Shown: positions 16,901-25,028 of the stretch, in pieces
Numbering within the stretch: position 1 is the first letter of the stretch
Layout: each line of letters starts with the position of its first letter
Assembly (NCBI GenBank): GCA_963823065.1
Contig: CAWGJX010000001.1
Span: 1,437,642 to 1,501,641 of the forward strand
Direction: 5' to 3'
DNA: 64,000 bases
DNA from: an uncultured Bacteroidales bacterium
GTDB lineage: Bacteria > Bacteroidota > Bacteroidia > Bacteroidales > VadinHA17
Program-made: the position numbers and the translations under genes
The notes under the pieces: generated by a model
What the model saw: only the letters and a program-made list of their open reading frames with translations
What the model was told of the DNA's origin: nothing
Database searches by the model: none

Positions 16901-17662
16901 GAATTGGTGAAGCAATATAACAGGATGGTGGATGAAATAGAGGAGAGCAGTCATAAGCTTGCTGACTCTGAAAGAGAATATGCCTGGCGGGAAATGGCCA
17001 AACAAATTGCACATGAGATAAAGAATCCGCTTACTCCTATGAAACTCAATGTTCAACAGTTACTTAAATCGTGGAATGATAAAGTTCCGGGGTTCGAAAA
17101 GACAATTGAACGCTTTACAAAGAATCAGATTGAGTATATTGATAATCTCTCCTCAATTGCTTCAGCTTTCTCATCATTTGCAAAGATGCCGGTCACAAAC
17201 CCTGTAGAAGTTGATATCCTCGACCAGATCAGAATAACTCTTGAACTGTTTAAAAATACAGTTAATGTAGCTTTCCGGGTTCACTGGCCTCATGAAACCA
17301 AAATTGTTATCTATGCTGATAAAGAGCAGCTTAATGGTGTATTCTCAAATCTGATCAAAAACGGAATTCAATCTATACCTCAGGAACGTGAAGGGATCAT
17401 TACCTTAAGCCTTGAAGTAAAGGGTGATAAAGTGCTGATCTCGATATCTGATAACGGTTCAGGAATACCGTCTGCTCTAAGGAAGAATCTGTTTACCCCT
17501 AATTTTACAACCAAGAGCTCGGGAATGGGATTAGGATTATCAATTGCCAGGAAATATATTGAGAGTGCCAATGGCAGAATATGGTTTGAATCGGAGGTTG
17601 ATAAAGGATCAGTGTTTTATTTTGAACTACCTGTGAAATATACTGTTGAAAAACCCGGCTGA
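13976..17662 (+). CDS. Large polytopic sensor histidine kinase (NtrY-like H-box) with no adjacent response regulator
   Basis: 1228 aa with many N-terminal TM segments and a HAMP-like linker. It has the H-box REMAKQIAHEIKNPLTPM, an N-box SNLIKNGIQS, G1 DNGSGIP and G2 GMGLGLSI. Confidence 0.85.
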   Translation: MKVHRYPIFLTCLTGVFILLAIAAESVYFSDFEYHFRTKMFNKTLIEEEASMENCLDSIKPILANVNHAGKISEDNFIKAEQNNISLLEYVDNKLVYWSDNEFDVPSDYVDSLFNKPLIFLQNGWFLTKSIQARNEKIIALLRLRTDYSFENSFIKSGFEKEFRIPDNVGLSLDKKASEYHIFNKEGTFLFSLSFPEVKGSTYFILLPLCLWTGAFFLIILLVFRLVKLLDNRDKSLLGIGISFIVFSFIYSFIVVTGKPPVIFQTELFSPYRFTLNGVIPSLGHLLILSVLSAAFFYILYRYLPLKEIKEGPSGRNYLILSIMLMIGTLILFFYQWIFGQLISTSNINFETYKVLEMSKYTLAGYVALFVLILIPVFYFLKIFKIARLLSTKIVILSIISSVIALVLLFYNSHGILGPVIVVYLVMTIGLWNLSGRNIRLFNLTVIFSLICGIYFLYFITILSEKKITENLKVQAVSLSTEHDPEAEHLLLDLWPVIEKDSLLSEMMKADYFDKDNFDRISNYLQETYFTGFWKDYHFSLVLCQKDQPLIIETEKYQNCFSFFNERIMRNGRKLTGTNFYFIDNQGGRSDYLGVVYYTSLNFKTNGLFIELYNDVNIFQPGYSELLVDKKYHGYTELKDYSFAKYINGELVLIAGDFPFDKTDVEYVDKFSDFRIFRTDGFKHVLFKNGNTTVIITRPDLTIGDIIISFAYIFAFILIASNIVVLLIRRPVMRRGNLFNLRQKLQFSYIGILLFSFILIGIVVAYITISQYRAKHYENIKEKLSSVYIDLDNKLSMEKYLSNDWKGAGYSSLNDLLIKLSNVFNTDINLYNVNGFLIATSRQEIFDRDLMSPRINNNALTHLKLSKTEYYQKEKIGTLEYLSAYVPFYNIDNKVIAYLNLPYFRMQSVLAKEISNLIVAVTNFTLLLILITMSLAVFISGRLTSPLAMLGKGLATVGVGKKSEHLTYKGNDEIGELVKQYNRMVDEIEESSHKLADSEREYAWREMAKQIAHEIKNPLTPMKLNVQQLLKSWNDKVPGFEKTIERFTKNQIEYIDNLSSIASAFSSFAKMPVTNPVEVDILDQIRITLELFKNTVNVAFRVHWPHETKIVIYADKEQLNGVFSNLIKNGIQSIPQEREGIITLSLEVKGDKVLISISDNGSGIPSALRKNLFTPNFTTKSSGMGLGLSIARKYIESANGRIWFESEVDKGSVFYFELPVKYTVEKPG

Positions 17663-17819
17663 TTCAGAGAATTTTAACCCTTGTATCTTTATAAATCAGA
17701 TTGTTTTGAGACCGCGATTATAATTGACTTTCAGTTGATTCTGCCGGTTTAATTCATTTTAACCGGATCTCTGCAGAAATGTACAAGATAATAGTTATAT
17801 TAGCAGACCTGATATTTGA

Positions 17820-20800
17820 ATGATGACTGGCAATTTTTTGCAACATTGCAAGAGACTTATTATCATTTTGCTGTTACTTTTTTTTAGCAGTAGCTTGTCA
17901 TTTTCCCAAACTATACTTTCAGGTAATCTTAACCAGCCAAGTTCACATGTAAGCGCGATAGGTACCGGTACTGTTACAGTAGATGATGTGTCAGGATTTG
18001 CCGCAAACGATTTTGTCCTCCTGATTCAGATGCAAGGGGTTGAAATATATACGAATTTAGCCAATTATGGTGTTTTGGTTAGGAAGAAAGGGGAACCCGG
18101 TCTGCATGAATTTATGAAGGTTCTGGCAGTAGATACAGATCTAAAAACGATAACATTTTGGAGTGACTTCAAGAACACTTACAATATCCTTGGAAATTTG
18201 CAGGTAGTAAGAGTACCTTATTACAACAGTGCCACAGTTACAGGAACTCTTACTTCCAATCCATGGAATCCGGTTTCAAAATCAGGAGGTGTGCTCTCAA
18301 TGATTGTTGGACGCTCCATAAAGCTCCTGGCAAATATAGATATGTCAGGGAAAGGTTTTTCAGGTGGAAGCAATTCAACAGGAACCGGAATCTGCCAATC
18401 AACAGATCCCGTTGCCTATAAAAAGGATTTCTATGATATGAGCGATGCAAATTCGGGTTACAAAGGAGAGGGAGCTTCAAATTATGCGTTATCCATAGTT
18501 TCATTAGATGATCCTGTTTCTCCTGGTTATATGAAAGGACAGGGACCAAGTTTCAACGGCGGCGGAGGAGGCAATGGAAGGTATTCCGGAGGAGGAGGTG
18601 GAGCTAATATAGGTATTGGGGGAAAGGGGGGCAAAGAAGATCTGTCATGTTCTTCTCAAGGATTTGGAGGCTCGGGCGGGCAAACTATTGATCCCTTAAG
18701 CTTGCCAAACACGATTTTTCCGGGAGGGGGTGGCGGTTCATCTACCTCTGCTCTTGCTGGTGGCTCAGGCTCAGGGGGAAACGGAGGCGGAATAGTAATT
18801 ATTGTAACTGACACAATAATCGGCAAAGGCGGAAATATTATATCAAATGGAAGCAATGGGGGCAATGCTACAGGATTAGCTGGAGCAGGTGGCGGCGGGG
18901 GAGGTGGAACTATCGCTTTATCTACGAACAGTTATGGTCCCGTTTCCGATCCAATAAAATTTTACGTAAAAGGAGGTAACGGAGGAAACAGTGATGCAGC
19001 AACCGGAGGTGAAGGTGGTGGAGGCGGCGGTGGCCTTGTATGGGTAAGCACAGCTTTTACCTCAAATGCTGTAGCTGTTTCTACCGAAGGTTTAAGAGGT
19101 ACCCCTGGGTCACCGCTTAATAATCCGGCTTTCCCGGGCAATAATAAACCCGGGTTCATAGCGGTTCTAAATGGATTTTTGTATAATTCGATATGGTCTT
19201 CAGTGACAGGTGAATCTATTGATTCAATATGCTCTAACATTACAGCACCAAAATTAACCGGAACAAATCCGTTTGGAGGGACACCTGATTATACCATTAA
19301 ATGGCAGCATAGCACAACCTCTGAGTCTACTGGGTTTACCGATATTTTGGGTGAAACTTCTCTTGATTATAATCCCGGGTTATTAGTACAAACCACATGG
19401 TTCAAAAGAATTGTTACTGACAATAGCACCACACCAATAGTTGATCAGAGTAAACCTGTCAAAATTATTGTGCATACTAAAATTTCAGGTAATCTTTTTG
19501 GTTCAGACCCAAACCAGATAATCTGCTGGAATCAGAATCCGGCTATTTTGATTCCTGATTTGGGCCTTTTGAATGGTAGTTATATGTCAGATGGCATCAC
19601 CCATTACTACTTATATAAATGGCATCAGAATACTACTGATGCTGGTTGGGATTCTTCACCTGTTGCAGATGGAAATGCTACACAGCCAACTTATGATCCT
19701 CCGGCTCTTACAAGTCCAACATTTTATAAACGTGTTGTCACGTCTGGCAGATGTATCGATTACGGTCCTACTGTTAAAATTACAGTTCTTGATACTATAG
19801 AAAATAACAAAATACTCAATTCACCACCCGATATCTGCTTTGGATCAACTTTTGATGATCTGACAGCAACAACTGCACCGGCTCTTGCAGGAGGTGATAA
19901 CATCTATCTTTTCAGATGGGAACAAAAAATAAATGATGCCATAGACTGGACTTTAGCAACCGGGGTAAACGATGGGCCAGATTATACCCCAACAATGTTA
20001 CCTCAACGGATTCCATCTAACCAATATATTTTCAGACGTATCGTTTATTCGGGTTCTAACAACGTCTGTCAATCTGTAAGTAATTCAGTGCTTCTGAAAG
20101 ATTTTCCTGTTATCACTAACAACACCATTTCACCTGTTCCGGCTATCTGTTCCGGTTCTAAACCGGCAGATATAATCGGATCCCCCGGTCTTTCAGGAGG
20201 AGATACAAATTATACATATAGCTGGGAAGATAGCACGAAATTTCATCAATGGACACCTATTCCGGGTGTATCATCTGCTGAATTTCCCGGTATAAATCTG
20301 ACAGATACAACAAGTTACAGACGCATTGTATATGCTGTTTGTTCAAACAAGAGTAAGTCGATACAAGTGATTGTTCATGAGCCAATTCTGAATAATATCA
20401 TTGCGCTGCCTACCGGTGGGGTAACACAAACTATTTGCAATAACCAGGTGCCGATCTCATTTCTGGGAACCCCCGCGACAGGCGGAACAAATATACCCGG
20501 AGATTATGCGTATATGTGGAAATATTCAACTGATAATTCAGTGTTTACTTCTATCCCATCGGGAGGTACCGGGATAAATTATTCTCCTCCCGCACTTACA
20601 TCAACAACATACTATAAACGGGAAGTTACTTCCGGGAAATGCACTGTCATCAGTGATCCGTTAACAGTTACTGTTCTTCCCGATATAACAAACAATACAA
20701 TATCGGGCATTCCGATGGTTTGCTATAGCCTGATTCCCGGCAGCATAACAGGTGCCACATTGTCCGGAGGTTCAGGAGTATATAAGTATTTATGGGAACA

Positions 20801-21536
20801 GAGCACTGACAGGGGCGTTAACTGGTCACCTGCTGCATCGACAAATAATTCATCTGATTATCAACCTCCTGCCTTGACAATTGCGACTACATACAGGAGA
20901 AATGTGTCATCCGGTTTGAGTGACTGTTGTAAGAGTGTTTCGAATAATTTTGATATTGGCATAAACCCTTTACCCGTGAGCCCTATAAATGCGGGTCGCG
21001 ATACTACTATCTATTCTGTAGAGAAATTGTATCACATGAAAGCAATTGATCCTGCACTTTCAGGTACCGGAGAAACAGGAACCTGGGCGCTGATTGATGG
21101 CAATACCAGCACAGTTGACGACACAAGTAAATTTAACACTGTTGTCAGGAATCTTTCAGTAGGGCCAAATTCTTTTTTATGGACAGTACACCGTGGTCCA
21201 TGTAAACTTCAGGATTCTGTAGATATTTACCTCAATCAAGATTTCATTCCCCAGGGTTTCTCTCCCAATGGTGATAAAAAGAATGATACATTTGTTATCG
21301 AGGGTTTAAGTCCCGATGATCAGCATGTTGATGTAAGATTTGTCAATGGAGCAGGCTCTGAAGTATATTCCTTCAGCGGCGAAGGGGAAAACCTCAGAGA
21401 ATGGAAAGGATGGGACGGTAAGAATTCTGCCGGCCTTGATCTGCCTGAGGGGACATATTATTATATGCTTAAAATAACCGGAAAATCGGGTCAGGTATTC
21501 AAGAGAAGCGGATTTGTTGTTCTTAAAAGATATTGA
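17820..21536 (+). CDS. T9SS cargo adhesin with a type-B (gliding-motility-associated) C-terminal domain
   Basis: 1238 aa with a signal peptide and a Gly-rich region (GGGGGNG..., GGGGGGG). Six Cys-bracketed modules of about 85-95 aa lie at about nt 19227-20850. The C-terminus is FSPNGDKKNDTFVIEGL...GTYYYMLKI...GFVVLKRY. Confidence 0.85.
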   Translation: MMTGNFLQHCKRLIIILLLLFFSSSLSFSQTILSGNLNQPSSHVSAIGTGTVTVDDVSGFAANDFVLLIQMQGVEIYTNLANYGVLVRKKGEPGLHEFMKVLAVDTDLKTITFWSDFKNTYNILGNLQVVRVPYYNSATVTGTLTSNPWNPVSKSGGVLSMIVGRSIKLLANIDMSGKGFSGGSNSTGTGICQSTDPVAYKKDFYDMSDANSGYKGEGASNYALSIVSLDDPVSPGYMKGQGPSFNGGGGGNGRYSGGGGGANIGIGGKGGKEDLSCSSQGFGGSGGQTIDPLSLPNTIFPGGGGGSSTSALAGGSGSGGNGGGIVIIVTDTIIGKGGNIISNGSNGGNATGLAGAGGGGGGGTIALSTNSYGPVSDPIKFYVKGGNGGNSDAATGGEGGGGGGGLVWVSTAFTSNAVAVSTEGLRGTPGSPLNNPAFPGNNKPGFIAVLNGFLYNSIWSSVTGESIDSICSNITAPKLTGTNPFGGTPDYTIKWQHSTTSESTGFTDILGETSLDYNPGLLVQTTWFKRIVTDNSTTPIVDQSKPVKIIVHTKISGNLFGSDPNQIICWNQNPAILIPDLGLLNGSYMSDGITHYYLYKWHQNTTDAGWDSSPVADGNATQPTYDPPALTSPTFYKRVVTSGRCIDYGPTVKITVLDTIENNKILNSPPDICFGSTFDDLTATTAPALAGGDNIYLFRWEQKINDAIDWTLATGVNDGPDYTPTMLPQRIPSNQYIFRRIVYSGSNNVCQSVSNSVLLKDFPVITNNTISPVPAICSGSKPADIIGSPGLSGGDTNYTYSWEDSTKFHQWTPIPGVSSAEFPGINLTDTTSYRRIVYAVCSNKSKSIQVIVHEPILNNIIALPTGGVTQTICNNQVPISFLGTPATGGTNIPGDYAYMWKYSTDNSVFTSIPSGGTGINYSPPALTSTTYYKREVTSGKCTVISDPLTVTVLPDITNNTISGIPMVCYSLIPGSITGATLSGGSGVYKYLWEQSTDRGVNWSPAASTNNSSDYQPPALTIATTYRRNVSSGLSDCCKSVSNNFDIGINPLPVSPINAGRDTTIYSVEKLYHMKAIDPALSGTGETGTWALIDGNTSTVDDTSKFNTVVRNLSVGPNSFLWTVHRGPCKLQDSVDIYLNQDFIPQGFSPNGDKKNDTFVIEGLSPDDQHVDVRFVNGAGSEVYSFSGEGENLREWKGWDGKNSAGLDLPEGTYYYMLKITGKSGQVFKRSGFVVLKRY

Positions 21537-21574
21537 TGTCAGGGTTATTAAACTTTATTGGTGATCTTCAGCGC

Positions 21575-22555
21575 ATGAATAAAAGCAGAATAATATTCTT
21601 CTTTTGCTTTTTATGTCTAATAAAAAGTGCTCCCGTGCGGGCAATTCCAGATTCTACCAGGATTGGGTCTACGGCTATTAGTTTGGGATATCCCGTTTAC
21701 AGTCAATATCTTCAGAATGGTCTTCTGATAAATCCTGCCTATGCAGGTTCACGTGGCTCTTTGAGTACTTTTTTATCATACAGGATGCAATGGATGGGAA
21801 TATCAGGCGCTCCTGTATTTCAGACGGTTTCACTTAATGCTCCGATGAAAAACGATAAAGTAGGATTAGGACTGATGGCTCAGTTCATGCAGTTCGGATT
21901 TACAAAGTCACAAAGTGTTTATGCAAGCTATGCCTATCGCATAAAACTTGGAAAAGGAAAACTTTCATTTGGGCTGAAAGGAGGATTTGACAGATCCAAT
22001 ACTGATTACTCCGGGATACTTACCACTGTCAGTGGAGATCAGGTATTTATGTCGTCTGACAAACCTTATTTTCTTCCAAATGTCGGAGCAGGAATATATT
22101 ACTTCAGAGAAAAATTGTTTGCAGGAGTATCTGTACCTTCTTTTCTCAGCTATAGGAAAAATACTTCAACAGGTTCTGTTGAAGCCTATCACAGTTTTAG
22201 TAATTATGATCTGATTTTTTCCGGAGGAGGTCTTATTACTATTTCAGAAGGTTTCAAATTTAAACCCTCTGTTCTTATTGATTACTCACTTGAAAAGACC
22301 AAGAAGCTTACACAGCTCGACATAAATGGGAATTTTATAATTGAAGATCTGATATGGGTTGGTGGGTCATGGAGGACATCTGAGCAGGTAGCGGTCGGTA
22401 TTCTTCAGGTTCAGCTTAACCCGCAGTTAATGTTCGGATTTTCTTACGACTATCCTGTAGGGAAGATGAATTCCTATTCCAAAGGGTCGAGTGAATTTAT
22501 TTTGCGTTATGAATTCGGATATAAGGTAAGTGCTGCTAATCCGAGATACTTCTGA
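21575..22555 (+). CDS. PorP/SprF family type IX secretion system membrane protein
   Basis: I placed the start at ATG 21575, giving the signal peptide MNKSRIIFFFCFLCLIKSAPVRA. It has the hallmark LLINPAYAGSRGSL..SYRMQWMGISGAP and ends RYF. Confidence 0.85.
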   Translation: MNKSRIIFFFCFLCLIKSAPVRAIPDSTRIGSTAISLGYPVYSQYLQNGLLINPAYAGSRGSLSTFLSYRMQWMGISGAPVFQTVSLNAPMKNDKVGLGLMAQFMQFGFTKSQSVYASYAYRIKLGKGKLSFGLKGGFDRSNTDYSGILTTVSGDQVFMSSDKPYFLPNVGAGIYYFREKLFAGVSVPSFLSYRKNTSTGSVEAYHSFSNYDLIFSGGGLITISEGFKFKPSVLIDYSLEKTKKLTQLDINGNFIIEDLIWVGGSWRTSEQVAVGILQVQLNPQLMFGFSYDYPVGKMNSYSKGSSEFILRYEFGYKVSAANPRYF

Positions 22556-22557
22556 CA

Positions 22558-23982
22558 ATGTTAAAACGGACTTTATATATTATCATATTATTGCTTGCAG
22601 GCGTCGTTACTGAAAGGGCAAAGGCACAACAACCTTCCGTTTATAAAGTCGAGAAAATGACTTTTAATACTGGCGGTTTCAGCAATATATCCCCTGTTAT
22701 TGTCAGAGACGGAATATTGTTTTGCTCTGACAGGCGGTTCAGCGCATTTAAGGATCGTACATCCTTTGATGGCAGACGGTTATATAATATTTATTTGGCC
22801 GAAAGAAAAGATACGTCATTCGAGAAACCAGTGGAAATAACGAGTGAAAGGAGTAATAAATTTAATAATGGCCCGTTTTGTATTGCTCCTGACGGAAAAA
22901 CAATCTATTTAACCAGCGAGACCGAAACAGGCAAAATAGCCTCCAACAGAAAGTTCAAAAATCATAGTGGTATTTTTATTGGTGAACTTTCTGGTTCTGA
23001 AGTGGGGTCATTGAACCCTTTTAAATACAATGATCCTGATTATGACGTTGGTCAGCCGTCAATAAGCAAAGACGGCAAGTATCTGTTTTTCGCCTCAGAT
23101 AAACCAGGTGGAAATGGTGGATCCGACTTGTACTACTGTGAGTTTATAAACGGGGATTGGTCTGAACCTGTAAATCTCGGACCAAAAGTTAACTCTTCAG
23201 GATCTGAGAATTATCCATTTATGCATCAATCGGGTAAATTATATTTTACTTCTGACAGACCCGGAGGATTTGGCAAACTGGATCTTTATTTTACCACTTT
23301 GAGTAATGGGGCATGGAGTGTTCCGGTTCATTTGCCTGAACCTATCAATTCCCGGTGGGATGATTTTGCTTTTGTTGCGTCAAGTGATCTTCAGACAGGT
23401 TACTTTACTTCAAACCGGGGAAATGAAGATGATATATACAAATTCACCTCAACAATAATCAGAAAAGCAGTTTGTGATACGCTTGAAGAAAATAATTACT
23501 GCTACCGTTTCTTTGAAGAGAATGCGGTTAAATATGATACGGTACCTTTCCGGTATGAATGGAAGTTCGGCGACGGAGATATAGCTACCGGTGCTGTTGT
23601 GGAACATTGTTTTAAGATCCCGGGAACATATACTGTTTCGCTTGATGTTGTGAATCTTGTTACAAAGGAGGTGACTTACAATGAAAAAACCGAAACTGTT
23701 GTTGTGACAGAAATTGAGCAACCATATATTTCTGTTCCTGACAAGGTTGAAGTCAATAAAAATATATCGCTGAGTGCTGACAGCACAAACCTTCCGGGCT
23801 GGAAGATATCACGTTATTACTGGAATTTTGGAGATGAAACTATTGCGGTCGGGAAGGATGTAACAAAGAGTTACGATAAACCAGGAATATATAATATTCA
23901 ACTCATTGTAACAGATGAACCTCAACCAGGTTTAAGTTCAAAAGAGGAATGTATATCGAAAAATATAATTGTTTTACATTAA
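22558..23982 (+). CDS. Secreted protein with PD40 (TolB-like beta-propeller) repeats and two PKD domains
   Basis: PD40-like repeats are present (SISKDGKYLFFASDKPGGNGGSDLY, LYFTSDRPGGFGKLDLY). Two PKD signatures are present (WKFGDGD...GTYTVSLDV, WNFGDET...GIYNIQLIV). Confidence 0.75.
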   Translation: MLKRTLYIIILLLAGVVTERAKAQQPSVYKVEKMTFNTGGFSNISPVIVRDGILFCSDRRFSAFKDRTSFDGRRLYNIYLAERKDTSFEKPVEITSERSNKFNNGPFCIAPDGKTIYLTSETETGKIASNRKFKNHSGIFIGELSGSEVGSLNPFKYNDPDYDVGQPSISKDGKYLFFASDKPGGNGGSDLYYCEFINGDWSEPVNLGPKVNSSGSENYPFMHQSGKLYFTSDRPGGFGKLDLYFTTLSNGAWSVPVHLPEPINSRWDDFAFVASSDLQTGYFTSNRGNEDDIYKFTSTIIRKAVCDTLEENNYCYRFFEENAVKYDTVPFRYEWKFGDGDIATGAVVEHCFKIPGTYTVSLDVVNLVTKEVTYNEKTETVVVTEIEQPYISVPDKVEVNKNISLSADSTNLPGWKISRYYWNFGDETIAVGKDVTKSYDKPGIYNIQLIVTDEPQPGLSSKEECISKNIIVLH

Positions 23983-24015
23983 CCTTGATGTTGAAAATAA
24001 CTAATTTTAGCATTA

Positions 24016-25017
24016 ATGAAATTTAAAAAATCAAAATATAAAATTCTCTTTATACTTTTTTTCGGGTTGTCTTTTTTTGCAGGATTATCCGGACAGCCTG
24101 TTCCAGGGAAGGATGAAAATATTCCGTTCCTTGTAACTTTCGGGAAAGAAGGCTTAACTTCATGGGGGGATGCTGATTTTTTCCAGATATTTTTCTTTAG
24201 CGTGCCAAAAGATTATACAAAAGCCTTTTATATAAGAGTGTTTGACCCCGATTGTGGTGGAGAGAATGATGAGATACAGGGTGATTTTAATACCAAAACC
24301 AAATTCACTGTTTATGGAGGCAATGGAGTCGATCCCGAAAAAAATGAAGAATCAAGGGGAATTTCTAAAGGAGAAAATTTTAAGAAAGGCAATCTGCTGG
24401 CATCTAAAATATTCGGAAATGATGCGAAGTATGATAACAAGTACTTTTCCTTTGGACCCTTCAATCCTTCAGAAGGAGATTTTAATGCAAAATGGAATAG
24501 TAATATGTTCAAAATCATCTGCGAGGGAATAAGTGGAGATGATGGTAACCTTTACAGGTATTTTCTGAGCAGTGATCCTGACAATAATGTTCCTATTGAA
24601 GGAGCCAATGCTTTTACATATTCTTATCATTTCAGGATGTGGAATGATTTTAAGAGTGTATCTCATATCTATCCTTATATTGATACTGGCGTTGTTTCTA
24701 TAAAACAAGGTAACTTTGACTGGGATAATGATGGCAGCATTTTAGTGGTCTCAAAATATAAACAGGGAATATCGGTACCCATTTCAGGTGAAAATAACTG
24801 GGTCTACTTTACAATTCCCATTGAACCTGATGAAGTGGGGTCTTCTCTTGACTTTCAGTTTCATAAGAGACAAGGCGAACTGGTTAAAAATAATAATGTC
24901 GTTATTACTCTGCAAAACCAAAGAGGCGACGCAATGAAATTCTTCAGTTCTCCAATTGGAGGGGTGCCAATTTATCAGCCTAAAATGGTAATAGAGAAAG
25001 TGAAGCCCAAGAAATAA
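24016..25017 (+). CDS. Hypothetical secreted protein
   Basis: 333 aa with an N-terminal signal-like segment and no motif I recognise. It lies 11 nt upstream of the sensor phosphatase gene. Confidence 0.5.
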   Translation: MKFKKSKYKILFILFFGLSFFAGLSGQPVPGKDENIPFLVTFGKEGLTSWGDADFFQIFFFSVPKDYTKAFYIRVFDPDCGGENDEIQGDFNTKTKFTVYGGNGVDPEKNEESRGISKGENFKKGNLLASKIFGNDAKYDNKYFSFGPFNPSEGDFNAKWNSNMFKIICEGISGDDGNLYRYFLSSDPDNNVPIEGANAFTYSYHFRMWNDFKSVSHIYPYIDTGVVSIKQGNFDWDNDGSILVVSKYKQGISVPISGENNWVYFTIPIEPDEVGSSLDFQFHKRQGELVKNNNVVITLQNQRGDAMKFFSSPIGGVPIYQPKMVIEKVKPKK

Positions 25018-25028
25018 CTGAACCTGAT

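Noticed and set aside
18656-19240. Minus-strand ORFs encoding proline-rich peptides (18656-18865 and 18962-19240)
   Set aside because: They are the reverse-complement mirror of GGN glycine-codon runs in the plus-strand adhesin gene. The plus-strand ORF is long, continuous and has recognisable domains.
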